A stretch of 64,000 bases of DNA from Perna viridis (lineage: Eukaryota). Positions within the stretch are counted from its first letter, which is position 1; every line of letters starts with the position of its first letter. This document shows positions 51,726 to 64,000 of this stretch, in pieces. The stretch is taken from assembly GCA_037379345.1 (NCBI GenBank), contig CM074522.1, forward strand, positions 10,540,001 to 10,604,000. The letters are read 5' to 3'. The notes under the pieces were generated by a model. It did not search any database. It was not told the origin of the DNA and worked only from the letters and a program-made list of their open reading frames with translations. The position numbers were made by a program, and so were the translations under genes.

Positions 51726-53329
51726 AGTTGTCATTATTAACACGTAATATGACACGTGTATACTTGTACAAAAATAGTTGTCAAAACAATTGACTTTAAA
51801 AGTGGTCAACTCAACGATTCAAGGGAAAAAAATCTAGTGTTATAATCAGACAATGGATTTCCCTATGACATTTTCCTCTTGTGTAAATATTAAAATACCA
51901 ATCATATAAATATTACATATTTCGGGATGCTGTGGAGTAACCTCTAATCATCAGCATTTAGAACCAAATATCAAGAAAGTTAGAGATTAAAAAATAGGAT
52001 AAGAACTCAAAACAAATATTACCGAAACAGTGAGGAAGCTGAAATCCAGGACTGTGAAGAAAGATGTTATCTACCAAAACATGTCAAAGGAGCTAAAACA
52101 TTGAAGTCCCATGTGAAGCTTTAGTATTTTTAGGGTCTGGAATTTTGTTACGGCAAATTGCAATAAATAATATACATAATTCTGGTCAGACATGTCTGAC
52201 TATTGGGTTAGTGCATACCGTTTGGCCTTATGGATTAACCAGCGACCCAAATGGTTTCTAAAATATGAAATGTATTAAGAAAAACAAATGAAAAATGTGA
52301 TTTTTTACTTGAATCACCAAATGTGTATATTTGTACCATTTTCATCTGTTTAATGGAGAGTGCAGACTAATTATTCTATACAAAATCAATTCACGACAAT
52401 ATAAATACTTAATGAACATTTAATTCACATACCGATGGTATCAAAAACTCATTTCAAAACTCATCACAACCATTTCCATTGAAACAAATTCCCTATCTGT
52501 ACAGAATAATCAGTTCTCGTATATCACTTTAAAATACATTCTGAATCACAATTCAGATACAATGCACTCTGCACTGTCAGACATATGAATGAAAATACAC
52601 CAAGCCCTTCTCTTTGTATTGCCATCAAAGAGTTTACCAGTTAATAATAGAAAGATTGTAATCAATATTGATGAGCAGATGTTACTGCTGATAGTCTCCC
52701 TTTAATTCTATTGTCTGGTACATTAATGATGAAATGAGGATACTGTAGATGGTCAATCCCAACTTGAATCATGTTCTGAATGTCATCGCTAGATAACTTT
52801 TATAATCATCTCATCAGATTACATCTGGGTGGCAGTTGGTGTGAACTGTAGATGGCCATTCAAATATTGTTTTAAGGTTTGGTCTTGTTACATCGACACC
52901 TCACTGGCTAGTTGAATAAATTTTGCGTTTGTCATCGATAGATAAGTTTATTTCATTTTATAAAAAATAGGATAACGGATGGTGTTAACGGAAGATGGCC
53001 AATTTAACTTGCTTTAGATTCTGTCATCGCTGATATTTTATCTCATCAGATAAACTATATATGTCGGGTAGTGTGAATGGTCCATGGAACGGTAGATGGT
53101 CATTCCATAACTTGGTTCAGGTTCTGTTTTTTTTTAATATATCTTCAACTCATTGGTTAAATAGACAAATTGAAATGTCTGGTAGTGTGAACAGTAGATG
53201 ACTATTATAATTTGATTCTATCTTCCTTCACAGTTTTTTCTACTTCCTCTACGAATCTTGTGGTCTTCTGTAAGTCATTCACTGTCCAGGTGTTCTGGTG
53301 GCAGCAGTAGACCTACAATTTTTATCTCC

Positions 53330-54120
53330 GCCACGCTAGACGCTTTTCACTATGTGGTAAAACACCACCAACTCAACAACATGTAGTTCACCACCCTTAC
53401 TCACTGCATTTCAAAAGATGAAACACAAATGTCGGTGATTTGAATTAGGTGATACAACTTGTCGCGGGTTACGAACTTCGGGCGTTAGATGGAGATTTGT
53501 AGGACCCTTTGGGTATGAAAGCCGATATTTGTATAGTTTCTTCTTTGTTTTGTCTACCAGTTTGCCTGTTACACCCAAGAAGGAAGTAGGATAAATGTGG
53601 CGAGAACAGCAATCAATAGTCATTTTATCTCGTGCATGATCATTCTTTCACTAGATTCATAGAACATCATGAAGATATTGGGTGGCCTCATACCAAGTTC
53701 ATTCTTATTCTTTCTGTCTAGAACCTCGTGAATATTCTGTCAAGATCAAAATTATTCCTGGTGTGATGAGCTGGATGTAGAGTGTCATTCTACGTGTGTA
53801 TAAGTAACTTCATCCTGGATGTTTTCGTCTGGCTTTTGGTTATTCTGACGTATACGTTGCAGAATAAGATGAGTATCAGGTGTTATAACCCATATTCCTC
53901 AAAATTGTCTTCCTTACTTATGTGTAACAGCTAACTCGATATCTTTTCTATCATATGACGCCAAAGGGAAGTTATTAAAGATAGTTGAGAAATGAATGAT
54001 CTTTTTAGTAGTACGGTTTCATCTCAGTCATGTGATACATGGTCCACAAGTTGAAAGTAAAGGCCAGATCCCCCGGATGCATAATGTTTTGATTTGTAAG
54101 GACATTTTAATGGTGTCTAC
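53330..54120 (-). pseudogene. Heavily decayed LTR-retrotransposon (Gypsy-type) gag-like relic
   Basis: Minus-strand fragments LILQRIRQNNQKPDENIQDE (Q..P.E.I.D gag motif), IFTRF*..IRMNLV*GHP and CC*VGGVLPH (knuckle-like); many stops. Confidence 0.4.
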
Positions 54121-55210
54121 AAGCAGTTTCGATTTCTTTATTTAGTTTTATTATATCGCAAGTGTACACTGGTTAACAAATGCATAACGAATGGAGAAAA
54201 TAAAGGAATCCCACGCAACTTTATGCTTAGGTGTTAATACTGTATTTTTGGAAATTAAGACAGGTATGAAATCATTAGCCATTTTGCCAGTTTCTTCATA
54301 CATTTGATGTGCATTCATATGAGTAAATACAATTTGTACCTAATTCACAGTGCACCGATCGTGACTCCACTGACGAAGTTAAATTTCGTACATATTGTTT
54401 TTTTTTCTTATTGCAGATGCATCATTGATTGCAGTGTAGAAAGAAAGACAACAAGCATGTTCTTGACAGAGGTGCACCACACCTGGCACCTGTGGTATTA
54501 AAGATCTCTGCAGATGTGCAGCTATATCTATTTATCGTGCATATCTTTCATTAAGATATATATATATTTCCTTCTTTCTATCAGTAACTGGCGATATCTA
54601 ATACATGAAACTCGTGACTCCGTTTATATCATGACTGCACATGTTGGACAGTATGTTTTGGTTACAAAAAACGGCAGTTTAAAGCCAGTAATGGTCCACA
54701 ATGTACATCACGAAGACTTGAGATTATGATAGCTATGCTCAAGGGAATTAGTTTGTTTTGTTAAACTCAGCATATTTTTTTCTCAACTTAAATAATGACC
54801 ACACCATCGTAAATTCGACTTTTCTTTTTGTAAGAAAAACATATCTCTACCGTTTAATGATAATTCACTTCTTGTACTGATAACATTACGAGTTGTTGGT
54901 TGAATTGATTTGTAGATATTTGTAATCAGAGCTGGGTGGTATTCACTTGTAAATAAACGAACATTCGAAAGACAAATTGACTTTTTAACTCTGTTTGTTC
55001 ACAAATGTTACACATTATTTCTCTGAATGAGACTAGCTTTATGCTTTAACCGTCATTTGATACAACTTAAAAGAAGTTTTTTAATTGTATTTACACTTAG
55101 TATATGTACTTGTTTGATGAACTATATTTCACCACGAGATTAATGTCATCAATACACAGTTAAACAATACTTTTGTAGAGTAATTATAATCTGAAGAGGA
55201 TAGTAAAATA

Positions 55211-55295
55211 TCAATATTGGTATTCTGATTGACCAGAACGTTTTGGCGCTATTGTCAATATTGGTATTCAGATTGACCTAAACGTTTTGGCGCTA
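55211..55295. repeat. Tandem duplication, 44 bp x2
   Basis: TCAATATTGGTATTC.GATTGACC..AACGTTTTGGCGCTA twice. Confidence 0.9.
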
Positions 55296-56087
55296 CCTGT
55301 CTTTGTAATATATTTGAGCAACTATTTGATAACACAACAAAGCCGTCTAGCAATGGTGTTTGTCATTGTTATCTCAACTGGTTCTCAAATTGATTTAGTT
55401 TTAGTTTGTTTTACTCAAACGTTTTAAAAGCCGAAGTTTCAAATATGTAATCCTTTAAAATTATCCACAGTGAATATCTAACTGGTACAAGTTGATGAAC
55501 TGAACATTTGAGTAAAGACCGAAGTTAACTATACATTTTATTGATCGCTTTTTATTGCCTGTCTTTGAAATTTTTGTTACCTTTTTCTTTATAGAAAAAT
55601 TTTGAATAGCTTGAGTACTTATAGGAACGGAAAGTTCCGTTTTATTTTTAAGACATTATGTCTCAGGAACTTATTTTTATCAATGGTCTGTTACTATCAA
55701 ATATGGATGTATATAATGTATAAATCGGCCATTAATAACTGCCGCAGTGGTCAGGCCTTGGTTTTATTTTAAAATGTATGTCAAATTGAGTTTCCTTTAA
55801 ATTCAATTTGGACTGATTTGATTGGTCGAAATTAGAGTTGCCGAAGAATTATAGGAAAATCTTAATTTTTGATTCTTTATGAAACCGGAACCTGATTCTT
55901 AATTATTTCATATCAGATGAGAATACGCTATTTTTATTGGTTAAACGTGATCATGTGTTATTCATTTATGTGCGTCATTAAAAATGTCATGTGATGAAGC
56001 CCGGGTCATTATCACACGATAGTACCATCATTAGAGTTTTTGATGACATTAACACAATAATGCTTATATAGAGGGTATATATTAACA

Positions 56088-56208
56088 AAAAATTGACTGC
56101 CTTTAGGAAGTGATATTGCCTTAAACATTGATAATGCCCTTGCCTGCGGCTCAGGGCTTTATCAGCGTTTTAGACATTGTTGGTGTCCCGTGGACAGTCA
56201 ATTTATCA
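56088..56208. mobile_element. Short palindromic MITE
   Basis: Outer arms AAATTGACTG / CAGTCAATTT; inner arms TGATAATGCCCT / AGGGCTTTATCA around a GCCTGCGGC centre. Confidence 0.6.
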
Positions 56209-57184
56209 TGATAGAAGCAACAATGGTATAAATATGCTTGGTACGATTATGTTCATGCTTATGTCAATTGTTTCCAAATGCAGTTGTAATTTGTCAAGTT
56301 AATTATTGCTTTGGTGCTATGAGTAAACATTATAGTAAAAGACTTACCACAACAGTTCCATAAATGTATGCTTGTGCCAGTTTTCTTACGTTGTGAATAG
56401 CCTGTAATTAAATATGATACACGTTTACAATGCGTTAATTCAGTGGCAAGTAAGATAATCTGCGGATAAAAGCAATATGAAGATATTTCTAGTGAAGAAC
56501 TATTAAGAGGTCTTACCTTTTATTCCCTGTAATAAATACTGCTTTATAAAATTCCAATCATTTTATACGAGTAATAATGGTATTTCACCCTTTAAAATTT
56601 AATATATTGATGTGTAATTAACAGATCTACTTTTTAATCTGATTTATAAAAGCCCACTTCAATAAATAGAATTTCGCACTTTTATTAAATATCATGAAGT
56701 CAAGTTGTTAAAAATCTGCCTTATCCTTAGAAGTTATTAAATACTTATGGAATGTTATTATAACGTATTAAAGGTTGTATACATAAGTGAAGGGCATGCA
56801 GTTAGCCCTTCGAAGACAATGTAATTTTTAGTATTGACATTGCGAATTAGAAAATAAAACTTCAGACAACCACGTGTTGCACCTGAAAAATAAACCAATT
56901 ACTAGATTGATATGGTGCGTGTGTTTCTACTGTCACACGAAAGTACGTCCTAAGTTTTGATGTTGTTTTGTTTTTTTTTGGTGTTATGAAATTTTAGTTA
57001 CGCTTACTTGCCTAAGTTATTTGTAGGGCGGTCCAAAATGTTACTAATATGAGATCAATGTCAACAATGGTAAATATGAAACAAGAGAAAAACAACCTTA
57101 GGGAATAAAGAATCAAACAATTAATTGTGCAGTTCCGGTATGCATATACGAACATGAAAAAAAGCCCACATATTACACCAAAAA

Positions 57185-57416
57185 TTAGCAACTACAATGT
57201 ATGTCAGTCGCAAGTGAAACATGGAAGATGACCAAATGCGACAACAAAAGCGACGAAGTCTTGGTTGATAATTTCCAGCATAAAACTATGGAATATTCAG
57301 AAGATCTACTGGCCACAAAAAGTAACAAACGATGAAGTAAGGGCAAGAGCGGGAATAGATAAGATCAGAAATTCCAACAGGAGAAGGTGGAAATGATAGG
57401 GGCACCCTCTTTGAAT
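57185..57416 (+). mobile_element. RTE-clade LINE 3' ORF fragment, left part
   Basis: Y/ASETWKMTK..VDNFQHK..IQKIYWPQKVTNDEVRARAGI..RRRWK.IGH. Confidence 0.85.
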
Positions 57417-57916
57417 CCGGGTGTTAAAAGAATGGGCCTGCAGCAGCGCTAAGCTTGTCGTATAAGGCGACTAAATAGTGCTCAGAAACCTAGCCGGGGG
57501 CTAGGCGCTCTGCCCACAGAGCAACTGGGATGTGTGCCCCAGGTGGTGGAATGGGGTACCCCTGGCGTGTTACATGCTGGGGTTGTCGGGCTATAATACG
57601 GAAAACCTGACCCCAAACCATAGTGGTACACCGTGTTGGGAAAGATACCACGTTCCTCGCACGTTAAAGAACCCTGCTGTGGTATTCGATAGGAGTAGGA
57701 ACCTTTGCGCTCCGCCACAGGAGGCTAAATTGCCCGATCTTATCCATCCCCCCTTTTTCCAGTGGCAATCAAAATTTGTCGACCCTATTATCCTTGTGAC
57801 CCATCCTTTTTTTTTCATTTCATGTTCATTATATCATCCATTTCATGTTCATTGTCTGAATATAGCTGAAATATTGCTGCTCGGACGTTAAACCCCAACA
57901 AACAAACAAACAAACA
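57417..57916 (+). mobile_element. 5'-truncated Meta-domain-type SINE with (CAAA)n tail, inserted in the RTE LINE
   Basis: GC-rich; carries GTCGTATAAGGCGACTAAA and CACGTTAAAGAACCC (motifs recalled from bivalve Meta-type SINEs). Tail GGACGTTAAACCCCAACAAACAAACAAAC; candidate TSD TTGAAT/TAGAAT. Confidence 0.8.
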
Positions 57917-58140
57917 TAGAATGGAAATTTCCAGGCACGCCGAACTTTTGCTAACCTGGACACAAGAATGAAAAAGAAAGAGAGACCAAAGGAAACATGG
58001 AGGAAAACTATAGGACAAGGAAGGAGAGATCTGGGAATTCTCTCATGGACAGATGCGACCAGAGCAGCAGAGGACAGAAGCATATGGAGGGGACTTGTAA
58101 ATGGCCCAATTCTCCTCACAGAGAAACAGAAATAAGTAAG
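57917..58140 (+). mobile_element. RTE-clade LINE 3' end, right part, with (TAAG)n tail
   Basis: RMEISRHA..LLTWT..KRKR.RPKETWRKTI..RRDLGILSWTDATRAAEDRSIWRGLVNGP-stop, then TAAGTAAG. Confidence 0.88.
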
Positions 58141-58652
58141 TCATACCAAACTCAACTATAATTTGAGTATGCATGGTACATGTAAAATAAGCGTTCACTG
58201 TTTTTCAAGAGGCACCCGCCGAATTATCTATAACATTTTCTCGAGACGAAACTGGTACATACTTCCATATGTCAGGTTAACTGACAGTATTTTGGGATAC
58301 AGGACAGGCTCGATTGCCCTGAAGTGTAGAAAACCTATGCAGTACCACCTGTTCATCGTCCTACACCCCGCTTTGTTTTTATACACCGAGACGTGCATGT
58401 AACCCAATGAATATGTTCGAAGCCACTGCAAGTCAAGTATACACCGTTCTTAACAAGACGGCATGATAAATTCATTGTTTAAGGGATTATGCCATTACAA
58501 GACATTTGAATACCACTCCATATAAATAATGATCCTGTTATTACCAAACAAATCTTCTATGTCTGCTGATGTTTACAGTGTATCGAACTTTTAAGCTTCC
58601 CTTCGGTATATTAAAGCCTGTATCCAAACATAATATAGATTTAAAAAAAAAA

Positions 58653-58885
58653 AAACAAGTACTATCTTAAAAAAAAGACGCAGTAAAATTTGTTCTTTTT
58701 ACTTAAAATTTTCATCAGGAAATAACGCATGGCACGCAATTTCAATTTCCTTTTTCGAACCCCACTAAGTTATCAGTATTTGGCCAATCTGGAAACAGAA
58801 TTTTGATCAGGGGACTTGCGTTTCCAAGGAAGAGCGTCTTTAAGGTCAAAGAGTAAAAAGCGAAACTATACCGACTGCGTTGGAA
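58653..58885 (+). repeat. Dispersed family C copy
   Basis: Colinear with the 18417 and 37870 copies. Confidence 0.8.
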
Positions 58886-58994
58886 ACAAAAACATGGACG
58901 AACTAATGCAACAATAGCTATGGGTGAAACCATCAATGTCTTTTGTAACAATTATTTCTGCACAAAACTATTACATGTACTATTTCTAATCTTA

Positions 58995-59250
58995 CAGTAC
59001 TCCAAATTTAAAAATACGTAAAACACCGAGGCTTCATTCCTTGCATTGCATATGGTAGAACCCCTCGGTGATGGATTTGACTTCCTCTTTCGATAGATTT
59101 GGTTATGAGTACTTCTTGTATACAACAAATATTTTGATTATGATCTTCCTGCTTATTTAATTTTAATGCTGCTGATGAGGGTCACTCCTTGAAACACGTG
59201 TACAGCATATCGAAATTTACAATATATAAAACTGGTATTTTTTGTATCTA
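58995..59250 (+). mobile_element. Probable solo Penelope-like pLTR fragment carrying the hammerhead
   Basis: The hammerhead is followed by AAATTT..AAACTGGTAT, like bivalve PLE terminal repeats (recalled). Boundaries are approximate. Confidence 0.45.
59166..59208 (+). ncRNA. Minimal type I hammerhead ribozyme (Penelope pLTR-type)
   Basis: Stem I AUGCUG/CAGCAU; core CUGAUGA (59172-78); short stem II GGG-UCACUC-CUU; GAAAC; palindromic ACGU loop III; GUA cleavage triplet (59200-02). Confidence 0.8.
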
Positions 59251-62200
59251 AACATGTCATTAAAAATGTTGACAAGTGTCTTGATCCTGGATGTTTATAG
59301 TTTTATTATTTATGTTAAACATGCTAGCACTCCTTTTAACAGGAAGAAAACATAGCTATTAATGTCATGTTTTAGAGTTCGTTAGAACACAACATTTTAT
59401 CAAATGTAGGTTTAGTAATTTATAACAAGATATTACATATAAAAAAGTATATACATGTGAGTTTCACTTTCTACTGAAATCAACTCCCACACTTCGGATA
59501 GTGATGATAAGAAATTCAAATTTGTCAATTGTTATCATTTGAAATTAATTCGAACAGATTTTCTCTATAAAAGAGTGAAATACTTAAGCGTTAACTTAGG
59601 CAAGAGGCCACTAGTTTAATCCCACCGCAGATTGCACGAGCCTGTCCATAGTCAATGGATGTTGGTCATTCATGTTTTTTTTAGACATAATATAGCTTTT
59701 TTAATTTGATTTTGATGAAATCTCATCATTCTATTACCATTGATTTTATTACTTTTGTTTTCGGACATTTTAGAGCTTACTCGAATGTCTGTTAATACTT
59801 GTTGAAGACCTTTTGGTGATCTTTGAAGGTATTTACTATTCTGGATTTAAATTATACCGTGGTGGATTTGTTGCATTTAACCAAATCCGATTTTTGTTCG
59901 TAGACATTACGCACAACAGGGAAAATGCATAAAAAGACGACAGTCAAACACAAATGAATGAAAAATTAGATGAGAAACGACCCCCAAAATCGGGACAGAC
60001 GCATGTGCTCTGGAAGGTTTCTTACAAGACAACAATCGTATTGCTAATAGTCAACAGGCACTAAATATATTGGTGTTTGCCCGAATCCATTGATTTATAT
60101 GTAACAATGCCTATGAATTTGATTAATTAACGTTAAACTGCGGTTAGACTTGTTTGCTTAATTTAAGATTAAATTGACAAGGACACATTAAAAAGGCAGA
60201 CAAAACAGAATAACATATTGAAAAAAAAAATACGCAGAAAAATCCAAGGAGACCGCCCCTGACGAAACATACATGTATACATGTTCCGATAGAACAAGCG
60301 TCCTTTTTTACACGATAAACACCTACATGTCCATGCTGATATCCATCCTCCCAATTCAGGGTTTTGAGTCCACCCTCGTTCAACTCTGACTTGGGAGGAT
60401 GGCTTATATCATACCCTATGGTATTTTGTGTATTGTATGAGAAAACGTTGACAAAAAAATATGTATGTCTCAAACTTCAAGTTATCCTATTTTCAAATCA
60501 GCTGGTATTTAGTACAAGCATTGTCGATGTCGAGTAATGCGTTCGGTACCACATTTGAATTCCTTGTCATATATATCGGCAAAAAATAACGAAGCGTCAA
60601 ATAATGGAAACAATACCCAAAGTGTATGGTCAAATATGTTTGTGATATGTTTATAAATATTCTTTCATTTATTCTCTTTTTTGTTTAACCCTGTCTGTCA
60701 GTCTAAAAATGTGCTTTACGTAAATTTCAGGTTTATTAGATTGAAATTAAACCTGGCACGGTAACTTCATGACGTCACAATGCTATTTTAGTTTATGACG
60801 TCATTACTTACGATCGACTTTACACTTACGAATTTTTGTGAAATCGAGACCTGAACACATGTGTAAGTGTAGGACATTTACGTTTTTACATATGATTGAA
60901 GTTCTCATGTTTTGAATATTCCTTGAAAGCTCTTATTTATCTTACTAGATTAATCTTGCGAATTTATGATGCATTCAATTTTACTTTTTTTGCCTCAAAT
61001 TGTACGCCATTATCACGTAAATGTGAAATTACATTTTACAAAAAAAGTATTTCTGTCGGGAGCCTCGAAATGGTAATTTGTTTTAACCTGTCTATCAGAA
61101 AGTTATAAATGCTCGTATACAGCAGAATATACAATGTGTAGATGTTGAAGACATACATTTGTATTTATACATTTTTGAAGGGAAAATAAAACTTAGTTCG
61201 TAATGAAATATTTCTTTTGCAAAGTAATGATTTAGAGTTAATATGACAAATGTAAAGCACAAAGGAACAAATGACGTTTGACAACACCGTAAAACACAGA
61301 GTAAACTAACAGTACAGTTGTCATAGCAACCCGGGCTCAACCAACAGAAGTGGTAACTTTCCTGAAGTGCACCTCTTGCATGCTCTGCTTTATTTATAGA
61401 AACATCCGTAACTGTTATATAATGAATGCAGATCAATTGAAAACAGCTGTTTTCATTGTGGAAATAGACACACCATGTATGTTGTCAAGTTCATATTTAG
61501 CAGTTTTTGGAAGTGATGACTTCCACATCTATTTGCCTCTGGCCACGACTTTGTTTATTGTCTCAAACAGTCATGAATTTATAAAACTTCAAAAAAGGTG
61601 TCAATCTAATTATGTATATATATGTATATTTATATATATACTATACTTATTCCTGTTTAATTATAATTACCGACACCTTTCTTTGATGTTTAAAATTTAA
61701 TTTAGTGATTCATGATGTAATAAATTCGTTTTGTCGTCGACTTCAATATTATTTAAATATTAAATGCCTTATGAGAACAGATGACGAAAATTGAAGGAAA
61801 TAATTTCTTTGTAATTATGATTGCCGTGGCCCCATTGAACAGGCAGGATACATACTATTGAAGTTGGCGTCACCGCGATATGCTAAGAACAAAATAGAAA
61901 ACATTTCAAGCTGTAAACGAAGATACCACTTAAATTATCTTCATATAAAATTTGATATCTTAATTGAGATGGATTTTCCAAAATGTCATTGAATTTAAAT
62001 ATCACCTCCGATCTGAAGATGCCTCGCGTAGCTCGGTATCATGTCTTAAATATATGTCCGTAATTGTAATACAGCTGCTATGGGTATCGGGTGTCCTTGG
62101 TCAAGGTCGTGTCATAGACGGAGTAGGTGATACATCACGTGTAATTACGGAATAAAGAAATTAACATCAAATCGAGTTATTTGTATTGAGGTTTTTTATG

Positions 62201-63415
62201 GAACGGGAGCCACAGCATACATATGAAGCGGCTTAACATCCAGTGCACGACAGAGGTTAAATCCTACAAGACTACGAAGATTGTAGAAATTAGAATCTTA
62301 TTCATTTGACTATGAACTCGTACACCGTGTCGACAGAACAACTATACTCTTTGGTACAGCCACCGTTTGCTGAAAATAAACTAAAACTAAACAAAACAAA
62401 AACAATGTACCCTTTGTTTTCCGTGTAGTATATTTTATCTATGGACTATATATTACCCAATTATAGCCTAATATGGACAAAATGATGGCACCCAGACCGA
62501 GTTAAAAAGTAAAGCTATTTTGTTTTACTGTAACAGTTCTAGAACGAGTAGGTATGGTTTACGAGTTTAAACGTATTGCTTTATTTGTACAAGCCACCCT
62601 ATAAAAAGTATGCAAATAATTGGTTTGATATTCAAAGTATATACTACTTTTGAAGTTTTTTTTATTTAATTAACTAGTAATATGCATATACTTATGGTAC
62701 ATGTAAAAATACGCTAAGAAATTGACAATTGTAAAGTACTATAAAACTAAAAACGGCCATTATGAACTTTGGACCAAGCTTTACAAATTTCATTTTAATG
62801 AATAGAAATTACCTGATCATGACTACAGTAAAGCCTTGTATATATTACCACATTACAGGTTAGCTGCATCTATAGATATATTCTTTACTGGTGGTTATGT
62901 CAACACAGAAGCTCTGCTTTTTTAAATAACACGACTTACAAGACTGAGGAATGCACACCAGTCTTTTCTAGAGAAATTAAAAGTAGAAAATAAATAATAT
63001 GCAAAGCAAAGTTATAGTGAAACGCAACAAATGCACTAGCGTATTATACAAATATAAAACAGTAAATACTTTCAGAGATCACCAAAAGGTCTATAACACG
63101 CACCTTTAAGTAAGCTCTGAAAGGCCCCGACAACAAAAGTAATAAAACACACGGCACAGAAAGATGACATTTCTTCAAAATCGAACTAAAAGGTCATATA
63201 ACGACTCAAGGACATATTAATGGCCAACATGTCCTGACTGTGGACAAGCGCGTGAAATCTGCGGTTGGGTTAAGCTATTTTTATAAGGCCTTTACCACCC
63301 CTTTAAAAGTAAGAAAGGAGGAAGAGGTTCATTACTATCATCGGTTCTATGACCTTTTCTTCGATAATTAAAGTCTATAGGTTTGGTTTTTATCTGCACT
63401 TAGCCTTTATAAAAC

Positions 63416-63529
63416 CATTGGCGGATTCGAGGGAACAGAGGCCATTACTGTATGGTATGATTGAATAGAAAACAAAATCACTGGAGCGCCAACAATTCCA
63501 TCTGTTCGGAATTTCTGGATTCGCTACTG
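63416..63529. mobile_element. GGCGGATCC-type MITE (5-bp TSD AAAAC)
   Basis: AAAAC|CATTGGCGGATTCGAG ... CTGGATTCGCTACTG|AAAAC. Confidence 0.6.
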
Positions 63530-64000
63530 AAAACCGAAGTCATATAAGTATCCGTACATAAAAAAAGAAGACTTTAGTCTTTATTTGCTACTGCGCCATT
63601 TATAGTGTAAGTTTCTTTTTTTTGTCATAATCCTATTTTGCTAGAAAAATAATTTAAAGGGATAAAAAGATCCGATATAAGCTAGAAAAAAAAAACAAAA
63701 AACAAAACTGTGGACTAATTTTCATGATACACTTAAAGTCTACTTGATGATCTCCCTTTTTGCAATCAAGCAAAACAGAGACAGACAATGCATAAATATA
63801 TTTTTACCGATCCTGAAATGGACAGTAACAATACAAAGCGCCTAAAACCAGGGCATACACCAGTACATTATCGAGCTTCTGTTATCAGTTTTAGATATTA
63901 CACTTTATAGAGCTGCTCATGATATGGAGAAAGTCGAGGGATACAATTTTTCTATCGGAAAGAACGTGCTTCCGATATTTTTCCAAAAGGTGAAATAACT

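Noticed and set aside
53015-53052. Minus-strand CUGAUGA-GAUA-AAA-UAUC resembling a second hammerhead
   Set aside because: No GAAA or NUH follows and there is no stem I. Other CTGANGA hits (18214, 30430, 54370, 60260) also lack the core.
57482-58119. Several overlapping ORFs of 67-119 aa
   Set aside because: These are by-products of the GC-rich SINE and antisense RTE sequence.

Overview
AT-rich animal genomic DNA; the repeat families and TACATGTA enrichment suggest a bivalve mollusc, probably an oyster (inferred). The only protein-coding gene I can support is a complete five-exon, minus-strand D-glucuronyl C5-epimerase (GLCE, ~579 aa): CDS join(10053..9938, 6922..6745, 5489..5318, 4399..4160, 3454..2421), with all splice phases consistent. 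A CpG-rich putative promoter lies at ~11.3-13.2 kb. The other ~50 kb has no intact ORF. It holds decayed or non-autonomous mobile DNA (CR1/L2-type LINE tail, Penelope RT fragment and Penelope-type 3' repeats, an RTE LINE split by a Meta-type SINE, a Helentron/HINE, several MITEs, a gag-like relic) and short tandem repeats. Most notable: (i) a minimal type I hammerhead ribozyme at 59166-59208; (ii) strong TACATGTA enrichment confined to the GLCE locus, with one apparent in-frame insertion suggesting Tc1/mariner excision footprints; (iii) a 35-kb CpG-depleted domain (13.2-48.2 kb) with plus-strand splice signals, possibly a hidden divergent transcript; (iv) a tiny uORF 2 nt before the GLCE start codon. 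Counts were made by eye, and TE family names come from recalled motifs, not database searches.
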